NCBI GenBank assembly: GCA_965112735.1
Contig: OZ218952.1
Coordinates: 5,518,001 to 5,582,000 of the forward strand
Length of the DNA stretch: 64,000 bases
Direction of reading: 5' to 3'
Origin: Phaeosaccion multiseriatum
Lineage: Eukaryota > Protista > Ochrophyta, other classes
In this document: piece after piece, positions 40,259 to 51,372 of the stretch
How positions within the stretch are numbered: the first letter of the stretch is position 1
How the letters are laid out: the number at the start of each line of letters is the position of its first letter
The notes under the pieces: model-generated
Databases searched by the model: none
What the model was told of the DNA's origin: nothing
The model's input: only the letters and a program-made list of their open reading frames with translations
Made by a program: the position numbers and the translations under genes

Positions 40259-41777
40259 TCATGCGAACTGGCTCTTGTTGTCCATCTGGCACGACTTGAG
40301 CGCGTCGAAGAGGAAGGAGCAGCTGGTGATGTCTCCCCCGTTGTCCTGGATGCACTGCTTGAAGTTCTGCTCGTCCATCTCGCAGGATGCCTTGGACTGT
40401 GCCTGCATTGGGGCCTGTGCCTGCTGCTCGCCCCCTCCACCCCCCGTCATGGCGTCCGCAGCCGCTCCCACCGCCCTGAGGGAGAGCATCAAGAGAGTCA
40501 CACGAGGGAATAGAGGTCAGCCATGCGCTCAGTTATGGCGTGCCTTCATTCATGAGGAGTAGAGGAGAGTGCGAAGGCTGCGGCATAACGACAACAGCTC
40601 CCACTACCAAACAGTAAGTAATCAGAGCAAGGAGAGAAGTGGGGCCAGACCGGACCCTTCCGCTCCAAAATGGTGTGCGTTCGTTCGTAAGGAGTGCGCC
40701 ATGCACGAGCAAGACGACAATGCTCCTACTACCAACAGCAATCAGAGCAGCGAAGTACGACCAGACCGCATCCTTTCCCCTTTCCATCCCCACCCAACGA
40801 GATACACACACATCTAAATACGTACGCATCACGCAGCATACCTGTGTGCCATGGCGCTTCCCGTTCCAAAGGCGAATCCCTGCGCGATGGTGCCGGCCAT
40901 GCCCGCGAGCATACCGCCTCCCTGCTGCTTGGCCGGGGGCTGGGCCGGAGCCTGGCGAGCCGGGGCCGGGGCGGCGCGAGGTGCGGGCGCCCTGGAGGGG
41001 GTAGCAAGGTAATGTGGTAGTGGGGGGAGGAGGTGAGCGCTCTGGAGGACGTAAGAGCCGCAGGGAGGGTGAGGAGACACGGGGGCGCTGGAGGGGGGAA
41101 TATGGTAGCCAAGAGGGAGAGGAGGAGGGAGGGGGGAGGAGGGGACAGCGCGGGAGATTTGGGAGGAATAGCGAGAGCTACATTCCAGGGGAGGAGCCCT
41201 CTGAGGGGAAGGCACGCACACTGCATGGATCACAGTGAGTACCGGCACGTCCTAGCTCCGTACACACTGGTCTACTTCCGCTAATCGAAAGAGGAGCGTC
41301 AGCAGCCTCCCAATCCCCACACAACGTCTCTTACCTAGGGGCAGCCCTTCGGGGTGCGGCGCGGCGTGATCTGAGGAGACACGAAGGGCATACAAAGAGG
41401 CGAGTGCGAGGGAGAGGGGAGACGGCGGCAGGGATGAGAGAGGCGGAAAAATTAACGTAACCCTAACCCTAACCCTAACCCTAACCCTAACCGGCTCCGC
41501 TCCAGGTTTCTCTCTGATTTCCCCCGCTTGGCCTCGCTTGGCTCTTCTCCGCGAGAGCGCCGCCTCAACAACGCGAACAAGCAAATACTATTCATGGGAC
41601 ATTAGTGCATCCACTCCGCGGGCTTCCTTCTCCCCCCCCCCCCCCCCAAAACAATCAGTCAAACTTTGCGGAGCAAGACTTCCCCTTCCCCCCTCCCATC
41701 CCTTTATCTCCCAAAGCGCGCCCGTACAGTCTATTCCCTCGAGACGACAGAGAGCTCGGAGAGACGTACCTTCCCAT
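40259..41777 (-). CDS. CHCHD2: CHCHD2/CHCHD10 (Mix17)-like mitochondrial twin-CX9C protein
   Basis: Spliced MGRSRRAAPRRAAP..., GGGMLAGMAGTIAQGFAFGTGSAMAHRAVG, CEMDEQNFKQC...CSFLFDALKSC. Confidence 0.85.
41458..41492. repeat. Interstitial telomere-type repeat (CCCTAA)5
   Basis: taaccctaaccctaaccctaaccctaaccctaacc inside intron 1 of the CHCHD2-like gene. Confidence 0.85.
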
Positions 41778-43471
41778 AGTCTTTTGTGTGCTTTGTTTTG
41801 CTTAGTCTCTTACTGCTTTTGCTGAAAGTGTCTGAGCAAGAGGAGGAGGATGTTCTCGAAGACGTAGTCTTACGTAAGTATCAAATTTCAGTTCCAGTTA
41901 AGTCGTCGATTCTATTTTATGTTTTAGCCCCCTCACGACGAGGCCTACTACCTGCTATCGCCGGTGGCTGTCGCATGCTACCATCGAGTGTGCAGTGTGC
42001 AGTGCACAGGTAGAGAGGGAGGGAGGAGAATGCGGTGCTACCGGCCTATTCCCTGCAGCATGGCGGGTGACGCCGGTGGCAGCGGCCGAGCAGCAGGCGC
42101 CAGAGGCACACGTGCTGTCCCGCACTTGACTTGGCTTGTACACCCGCTGCGGCGCGACTTGTGATGCCTTTCACTCGCAAGCAATGCGAAACGAAGGGAA
42201 TCTGTCAGCAGCGGCTGCAACAGCAGCAGCAGCAGCAGAGCCTCTCGCATGCACGCACGCACCACGCCCTGCGCGCCTTGCTGCCCTCCGCGCCCCCACA
42301 AAAAGGTTCGTGTGGTTGACGTCATCTCGTCCCCTCTCCTCTCCCAAACGCATCCGCAGCAGGGAGGTAGAACACGACCTCACGCACTCTCCACCCAAGA
42401 CATCACTGCCCCCCGCTCGGAAACGACTTAGGACTTACTCGCTCACTCACTCCCGCCTTGACTCACCGGAATACGTCTGAGCGGTTCCGTCGAAGCTGCA
42501 GCAGCCTTCCCCCAGGGGAGCCGTCGGGCACCGAAAGGAGAGAGGGCCAGAGAGAGCCCTGTGGGGGAGAGCGCCAGGAAGGAGGGCAGGAAGGAAGGGA
42601 GCATGGTAGGGAGGGAAAATGGGGTGGGATGGAGTACACTACTGATTGACGGAAGAGTGGAGGGCAAGCTGCTGGCAGAGGGGGAGCCTTGTGTGCGGAA
42701 GATATGCCGGGGGGGGGAAAGCGCGGCGAGTGTGAGCGTTGTCGAGGAAGAAGGGGGGCTGAAATGTGTGTACCTGTTCTCCTTGCCCGCTAACCCCCCC
42801 ACTTGTGACCTTGCTGCTGCAGCTGCGGGCTCTTTTGCTCCCTTCTCTTCTCGTCTTTTCATCGCCCTCACTCGCCCCTCAAAACAGACCATCGACACAA
42901 TGCACTGCCTGGTGTTGGTGCTGTGGTGATGCTGTTATTGTCCCATTCCACCACTCACACGCACCCAAACCACACAGAAACACAAACACCAACAAACACA
43001 AACACGCGCACACGCACATACACGCACACACACACACACACACACACTCACCCACCCACCTACCTGGAGTCATTTCCTGCCCGTGAGCCCTGAGAATGTC
43101 GCGTCAACGCTGTGCCGCAGCAGAGGCCAGGCTCCCTCTATGTCAGTCAGCAACACATGTGGCAGTCCCAGTAGAGAGAGAGGGTGTGTGTGTCTGGCGC
43201 ACGCAGGGCACAGCCAGGGAGAGACGGAGAAGGGAGTTGTCCTGTGAATGTGTGATGGGGGTTCTTGTGTTCTTATGTGTGTGAGAGAGAGAGAGCCTCC
43301 TCCCTCCCCCCTTCCTTCAATGTCACATCCATTTGTGAGTTTTATGGATTCAAAGTCGCTCAAGAAGAAGGAATTGTGTGCGTCCGCACTAAACTAAAAA
43401 GGAAGTCAGCTGCTAAAGAGAGCAGAGAAGCAGGGCGAGCTGTTCCCAGTGCTTGCGTGGCGAAGGTTACG

Positions 43472-46400
43472 ATGTCTAGCGTCCTCGAAGAGCAGCGTAG
43501 AATACTCACAGCCATCTTTTACGCCACGAGCGGACCCGCTTGGTCAAACATTACAGGATGGAACACGGAAGCACCATTGGAGACCTGGTTCGGAGTGAGC
43601 GTAGAGAATGGCTATGTGGTGAAGCTCGACCTGAAAAGCAACGGCCTCAGAGGTGGGAGAGACGTGATTATGGTTGTTGCGCCTTAGGTCCTGAAGTGTA
43701 TTCTAAAGTCCAGAAGGTGTGGCCCAACTTTTCTCGCGTCCGCTTGACTTAGTGTGACCATAGAACTTTCCACCCATCCGCAGGGAGTATTCCAAGGGAG
43801 CTTGGAGTTCTTCAGAACCTTACGGGACTGTACCTCGGCAACAATAACCTCACTGGTGAGTGGTACGCGAACCCGTTCGCGTCCCTTTGACTTGGTATGA
43901 GCATGAACTAATGAACTTTCCTCCCATCCGCAGGGAGCATTCCACCCGAGCTTGGAAGTCTGGAGAAGCTTGAGTATTTGAACCTCTCCGACAATAAGCT
44001 CACTGGTTAGTGGTACGCGAACCCGTCCGCGTCCCTTTGACTATCAGTGTGACCAAAGAACTCTCCTCCCATCCACAGGGAGCATTCCACCCGAGCTTGG
44101 AAGTCTTGAGAAACTGAAGGCGCTCAACCTTTGGATCAATCAGCTCAGCGGTAGGTCGTAGGCGTACCGTTCGCGTCCCTTTCACTTAATATGAGTATAT
44201 CCCAAAAAAAAAAAACAAAAAAAAAAACCCTCCGATACACAGGTCCTATTCCCGCTGCCCTCACCGGGCGATTGGGGGTCAAAATCACGCATTACGCTTT
44301 CCGTGGTAACACCCTCAGTCTCCCAGAAGACATCAACACCCAGACCCATCTGACCAAGCTCGATTTGTCCAATCAGGACCTTGTAGGTAGGTGGTACGCG
44401 TACCCGTTCCCGTCCCTTTGACTTGATATCAGTGTGACAAGAACTCTCCTCCCACCCGCAGGGAGGATTCCACGAGAGCTTGGAGGTCTTCAGAACCTTG
44501 AGAGACTGTTCCTCAACAACAATCAGCTCACTGGTGAGTGGTACGCGAACCCGCTCGCGTCCCTTTCGCTTGAAAGTCATATGACAAAGAACTTCCCTCC
44601 GCTCCGCAGGGAGCATTCCACCCGAGCTTGGAGCTCTGGAGAAGCTTAAGCGTTTGAACCTCTCCCACAATAAGCAGCTCACCGGTAAGTGGTACGCGAA
44701 CCCGTTCGCGTCCCTTTCACTTGATATGAGTGTGATCAAAGAACTCTCCTCCCATCCGCAGGGAGCATTCCACCCGAGCTTGGAGGTCTTCAGAACCTTG
44801 CGAGTCTGCACCTCGAGAACAATAAGCTCACTGGTGAGTGGTACGCGAAACCGTTCGTGGTACGCCCACCCGTTCGCGTCCCTTTCACTTAATTTTAGTA
44901 TGCTCAAATGACTTCCCTCGCATACGCAGGGAGCATTCCACCCGAGCTTGGACGTCTCGTCCAGCTCACCCGTCTGTTCCTCCACGGCAATGAGCTCTCC
45001 GGTGAGTGGTACGCGTACCCGTTCGCGTCCCTTTCGCTTGATAGTCGTGTGACAAAGAACTTCCCTCCGCTCCGCAGGGAGCATGCCAAGGGAGCTTGGA
45101 AGTCTGGAGAAGCTTGAGTATTTGGACCTCTCCTACAACAAGCTCACTGGTAAGTGGCACGCGTACCCGTTCACACCCTTTGACCTGGAGCTCAGCGTGA
45201 CCAAAGAACTTTCTAGCCCCATTTGACTTGAAATACTGACAAGAGCGAAAATCGTCTCCCTTCCTGCTTGGCCGTTTCCAGAGATATCGCTTTACGCAGC
45301 AAGAGGCCTGGAGAAGCTCTCAAAACTGCAAACATTACACCTCCATGGCAATCCTTGGACAGCACCCAGCGTCGATGTGGTGGCTCTCGGCCTTGAGGCA
45401 GTGACGCGGTATTGGATCGACCTGACTCAAGGCAAGGAGCGGTCGTGGAAACTCAAGGTACTGTTGGTGGGGCGGCACAAGGCAGGGAAGACGACCTTGG
45501 CGCTATCGCTAACAGGGGGACAGAGGGATCCTCCTATTGGACAGGATGAGTCGACGGTTGGCATCGAGACGAACTCAGTAACGCTGGGGGAGGACGAGAG
45601 TAAGCAATTGGAATTGGTGATTTGGGACTTTGCGGGGCAGCAGGATTACTACGCCTACCACCAGCTGTTTCTCACCAAGTGGGCGTTGTACATACTCACC
45701 GTCAACCTCTCGGCCTTTAGCGGGGGATCAGAGAGAGTGGAACGCGATTTGGTTGTTGAGTGGCTCGATGCTCTGCAAGCATACGCGCCTGGCAGTGTTG
45801 TGGTTGTTTTGGGATCTCACCGTGATACCGTGGAGCGGGGGGGGGGGGACGTTGACAAGGTAGTGCGTGACGTCAAGAAACTAGTGGACAGAGTTCTGAG
45901 GACACATGCGAGATGCGGTGGAACCATAGAGCCTTTAAAGGTGCAAGAGAAGTACTTGGCTGTGGATCTCACAGCCGACGAAGATGTGCAGAAGGTTCGC
46001 GAGTACATTAAGTCGCTCGCGCTGGACGGCTGCACCGAGGAGACACCCAGCACGCTGTTCCCGGATGTAGGAAAGGTGGTGCCCCGCCCGTGGGTGACGG
46101 TACGCCTCACACTAGAAGAGTACAAGGACGAGCTGTGCATTGGTGATAAGCAGCTGCAGGACAAGTGGAGGGAGTCCGAGGGAGCTCAGGAACTCAACAT
46201 AGACGACCCCGAGAAGACTTTTGAGTTGGCCTTGACATGGCAACAGGCAGTAGGAGCGGTGCTGTGGCTGGAGGGGTATGTGCACGTCAACCCACTTTGG
46301 CTGATGGCATTGGTCAAGCCACTTGCTTCCCACAAACTCACGAAAGACAGGGTAGAAGACGAGGGGTGGCGCAATATGCTTACTGATATGGCGGAGAACA

Positions 46401-47737
46401 ACATTGGGCCCAACAAACGGCTTCCATCGTTCCTTGCTCTTCACGAGGAGGAGAGCAATTTCCTGACCAAAGCAACGACTTCTTCCGAGTACATCTATTG
46501 CCTGTGGCAGCTCTGGGTGTCCGTGGGACACGAAGTCGGTGCTGCGTCCTGCGAAGAAGGTGAGCCAGTGAAGAAGGCGTTTCGGCGGCTCGAAGAGGAC
46601 ACGGAGTTCTTCAAAGGCATGCTTAAGACACTGGCTCAGTACGGTGTGATCCTGCCCGTGACCGGACTCCAAGACGAGGAGGGCCGTAAGGACGTGTACG
46701 TGGCCCCAACGAGGCTCCGATTAGGCGGGGATGGCAATGCTGAGGTGCGGGAGGTCTTAACGGCTTTCCTCAAGGCGGGGGCGGAGGAGTGTACTCGAGG
46801 CCATTTCAAGGCGTGCAATGCTCTTTTTCCGTCTGGGACGCTACCCTTTTTGCTTGCCTGCTTTCTGGGAAAGCGAAACAAGGAGGTGGTCGTCCAGATC
46901 TACGGGTGCGCCAAGTATGCCGCTGCGCTTCGGGTGAACCACGTGGACGTTCTCGTCTACGTAGAAGGGAGCGATCTTCTGCTGTACGTGAAGAGCAATA
47001 CCCAGCGTAGCTGTCGGCACGTTGGGGGGATGGTTCACAATTGGATCGGAGATATGCTGGACGAGAGGTTCAAGGGCTTAGCCTTCATTTCCCCTGAAGC
47101 ACCCATGGAGTCGATTGCAGGCAGACGTCACCCCCTGGCGGGCGAGCTGGGCCTGCTCGACGACGAGTATGCCAAGGACGACGCGGCGCAGTTCGATGTC
47201 TTTTTGAGCCACGCCGGGCCCGACAAGTGGGGGCTTGTCTACAACCTGTGGGTGGCGCTGTGGGACGACGGCATAACGGCCTTTCTGGATAGGGAGGATC
47301 TTCAATTGGGTCGTCAAGCTCCCGGCTACGTCGTCAATGCGGCGAAGAAGGCCAAGATCGGATTGGTGGTGCTCAGCCCAGCGTTCCTCTGCCGCGAGTG
47401 GTGCCTCAAGGAGACAGAGATTTTCATGGAGAGGCTTGAGAAAAGGAGAATGGGCGTCGAGGAGGAGAAGGACTTCCTGGTGGTGCCCCTCTTCCACAAA
47501 CTCACACCGCACGACTGCTACAACGGAACGTATCAGCTGCTCGAGGCTCATCCCGAGATAGCCAAACAGTGGGAGGAGTGGGAACAGAATGATGGACCGG
47601 AGAAATACTGGCCGAAGCTGTGGCAGTCTCTTTTGCTTGTCCTTGCGGGGCAGACCGGCCTGGAGTATCAGGAAGAGCAGTATGAGGCCGATTACGTTGA
47701 GAAAGTAAGGGCGCGCATTAAGACTACACTAAGATGA
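43472..47737 (+). CDS. LRR-ROC-COR-TIR protein A (intact, 11 exons)
   Basis: N-cap exon 43472-43652. LRR exons 43784-43855, 43934-44005, 44079-44150, 44243-44386, 44462-44533, 44610-44684, 44762-44833, 44930-45001, 45078-45149. Terminal exon 45282-47737 with P-loop VGRHKAGKTT, STVGIE, WDFAGQ, GSHRD, COR-like VHVNPLWL and TIR FDVFLSHAG...EWCLKE. All junctions were checked and are in frame. Confidence 0.92.
43784..45180 (+). repeat. LRR exon/intron cassette array A (~150-bp units)
   Basis: Intron consensus GTRAGTGGTACGCGAACCCGTTCGCGTCCCTTT...TGACCAAAGAACTYTCCTCCCATCCGCAG alternates with 72-nt-type exons. Confidence 0.92.
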
Positions 47738-48186
47738 ATAGTGGCAAATTATTTAAAAAAAACTGTGTTCAAAGAGCTGCTCCTCGAGTGCGCACGAGAG
47801 AAGATCTGCCCAACACGGCCCCCGCCACGCTCAACGCCAACTCTACAGCAGCCATACTTCGCCTCGAGATCCTCTGCTTTCTACTTGAAGCCTGATTCTG
47901 TGCTCTCATGGGGGCTTCGAACAACAGAGCATACTTGGTTGACAAGAGCAGCACCAGGACGAGGAGTTAGTATCAGCCCTCCTCCCAAGAAGAGTCAAGC
48001 GCATCCTCCCAGTACCACCCTGCCTCACCCTCACTGCGCCCAGCCCAGCGCTCTCTTTGTGGAGAGGTGTATGGGCATGTGCACTGCCGGCCAAGCTCGG
48101 GATGGATCTCGCTCGTGTACCACCTTGCCCCTTGGCTCGTGTACCACCTTCCCCCTCGGTGCTGCTGGGGCGCGTGGTGTCGGGTA

Positions 48187-50400
48187 GGCACAGCGGGGAG
48201 GTGAGGTCATCAATCCACAAAGACGTCACACTGATTCACGACTAGCGGGTACAGGTAAAGAGCGCACAGACAGGAGGAGTGCGACCCTCTGCGCTCTACA
48301 GTGAGTCCCTCCTGCAAGGAAGCAAACAGGAAGAAGATCTGTTTCCTCTTCCTTCTCTGACTCACTTGCGAGCTGATGGCTGTCCGCGGCCCAGTGAAGA
48401 GCGTCGCCTCGAAGGCTTGTGGCCTCCTGGAAAGAGCTGGGCAGGGAGAGAGAGAGCGCACGTGCACAGGGCGAAAGAGAGAGAGGGAGGAGAGGGAGGA
48501 GAGGGCAGCGAGTAGAGGGGGAAGGGGAGAAGAGGCCAGAGAAAAGTGCCAGCCAAGGGAACGCAACATCAGCAGCAGCAGCAGCAGGAGGAGAGAGAAG
48601 GGGGGGGACAGAGAGAGGGGAACACATGGAGATACAAAAACACAGCCGCGCAGAGAGAGAGAGTGACAAGAGACATAATGATAGAGGGATAGTAGGAAAG
48701 AGATGAAGAGACAGAGAGGCAAAAGAGCAGCCCTCATGCACCGCGGTGACGTGTGTCCACAACAAGTGTAGAGTACGTAGCCCAGCAGCCAGCACAGGGA
48801 AGAGCAGGGGCGTGATGCCGGAGAGCGGAGTTTGTCTGTGAACACCCGAGGAGCCGTATGCAGAGTACGCGTGGATGCCTCCTTTGCGTGTGTCAGCGTT
48901 GGGGCCGGGGCCTTGTACGTGCGTGGCATTTGTGCGTGGCATGAGAGCGTGTGTGCGTGTGCGCGTATATATATTTGTGTGTGTATTCGTGAGTCCCGTG
49001 ACGTTCGTGTTTCAGACTGACCTGGGTGGTCCTCCTCAAAAGTCTCGAAAATATGTCCATTGCCCGACCGTACATGCACACACATACACGACGGCATGCT
49101 GTTGAGCAGGCCCAGAATCACATCACTCGGGTACTGCGGCAAGATGCGGTAGACCAGAAAGAACACGAACTTCTCTCCACCCAAGGAGGCGATGGCAGCA
49201 AACGGCAGCACAAATACGGGCATGCCCGGGCTGTACATGAGGCACAATGAACACCGTGCCGAGCCTGCCAGTGTGATGTCGGGGGAGGTGGCAGTGGCGG
49301 TGGCAGTGAGCGGGGATGAGATACGGAGGCGAGGGGGGGGAGGCGCCAGTCCAGTGCAGGCCAGGTAAGGATCGGGTCAGGTCAGTAGAAAAATGTATGT
49401 GGGGTGCGGGGGAGGTGGAGGGTGGAGAGGGGTGGGGGTGGGGGAAGAGGTGGGTTGACATGCCGTTACGCAGAACGAACCAGTCTCTACGAGACGATCG
49501 ACAAAGTATGCAGTGCACCTCCAAACAAAGGAGGGTAGAGAGAGGCACGTGAGTGTCTACTTTCACGTCGGACAAATGCTATGTCGTCGCCATCCATGAC
49601 TTGATTCGGGTCCGCCCTCTTATCCTTCTGACCGCCGCCCACGGGAAACACAACTCAGGGCCCGACGAGGTGGGAGCCGGGCAGGTGCAGCGGGAGATCG
49701 TCACAGTCTCTCGGTAGGATGGGAGGCCACAGGGCGGAAGGTCTCTTCTCTGCTGTTTGCCAACGAACGACCCCCCCCCCCCTCGCCCTACTGCCGGCCC
49801 CTTCATAGTGAAACCGCAGTGTTTTCTCCCTCAGCCCTCCGGTTTGCGTGGGGCGGGGCACGCACGCACGCACCCACCCGCCCACACCCTCCCTCCCTTC
49901 CTCCTCGACTCACCCCAAGTCTGAGTAGCGGCAAAGGTGACGGCGGCGTGAGGGATACAGGTGCTCATTGCCATAGTCAGCATGAGAGCCGCCCCCGAGT
50001 CGCGGCACCGCTTACGCTGAGCGGATTCGAAGTGGAGCAAGTTGGAGGCGCAAGGGGAGGGAGGAAGGGAGTCAAGACATGAGATCGGGTGTGCGACAGT
50101 CTAGAAGAGCGCTCGGAGGATCGGAGTGAATGAATAAATGGCATGGACAAGAGGTACGGGTTTTGGTCTCTGTTGATGCCCCTTCAGTGTTGTGTGACTG
50201 TTTCGCCTACTCTTCAGTTTGAAGTGCTCACTCACTCACGGACGCGCTCTCTCCCTCCCTCCCTCCCTCCCTCCCTCCCGCCCTCCATCGCTCCCTCCCC
50301 CACTCACCACGCCGTCGTAGGTGAGGTTGACTCCGAAGATGGCTGCGATTAAGGCTGCTCACGGCCGTGTTGATAAGCTTCGTACCAGAGAGCGTGTGTT
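48187..50400 (-). pseudogene. TMC/OSCA(TMEM63)-like membrane channel gene remnant, copy 1
   Basis: VCLMYSPGMPVFVLPFAAIA...KFVFFLVYRILPQY and KLINTAV pieces resemble the C-terminal TM region of TMC/CSC1-like proteins; small indels relative to copy 2. Confidence 0.5.
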
Positions 50401-51372
50401 TCTCTAGAATGGGGGGGAAGGGAAGGGAGGGAGGGAGGGAGGGAGGGAGGGAGGGCATCAGACAAAGAGGCAGCCCTACGGAGGAGAGTCTCAGAGTCGC
50501 TGACTCGTTCACAGAAGTTGGTGGAGGGTAGGTAGGGGGAATGGAGCTGGGACAGAGGAGAGGAGAGAAGGCGCCGACAAATGCAAGTCTACCCCTCCGT
50601 TCAACGCAGCGCAAGGGCGATGACGCGCAGCAGCTTGGAGAAGCACACATTGACACACACCACTGTCGTAGAGCTGCCTCTCTCTACCTTGGAGCCCAAG
50701 ATAGAACGAAAAAAAAAATGCATCCAACCTGAAAAACACAACAAAGGAAAGTACAGCCCTACCCCCAAGGTGAGGCCTCCCCAGTCACAGGAACTACACC
50801 CACAGGCCCCCTTACTACTCAGCCTCACCCATCACTACCGACTACCCTATAGCATGGCGCTTGTAGCTACGTATCACAGAGACCAACCCACCAGAACGTC
50901 TCTACTAATCACCAACACCCACCAGATGCACGTCGCCACACCAACCCTCGTAGCACCAATGTCGCACGCGGGCCCAACTCCAGCTCCGTCCTTGGACCAT
51001 TGTCGGAGCGCTTGCATCCCAGTCGCTCCCCACATCGAGCCGCCATCCGCCAGCCTCCCGCTGATAGTTGCAACCATCCCAAGCGTCCCCTCATACCCAG
51101 TCAGCAGATGTCCATCTCGCTGCTAAAGTCCCTCACCAGATCAGAGAGAGAAAGAGAGAAATTCATATAGATATGCCAGTCTCTCCTCCGGCCCAGCCTC
51201 GCCCCCAATTTCCACAGATCCCCAGCCCGACGCACTCCAACTCTCTCAGCCCCAGGTACACTCACACCGGTCCTCAAGCCCCCAGGGCCTCTCCATTTGT
51301 GAATTTGATGGATGCAAAGCTCGTTCACGTGTGCGTGTGTCTTAAGTAAAATAAACAAATTCAAAAGGGAGG

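Noticed and set aside
41458-41492. True chromosome end
   Set aside because: Only five units, embedded in an intron with genes on both sides.
44182-45084. Long antisense ORFs over the LRR arrays (also 51881-54355)
   Set aside because: By-products of the repeated cassette; the plus-strand splice model explains the sequence.
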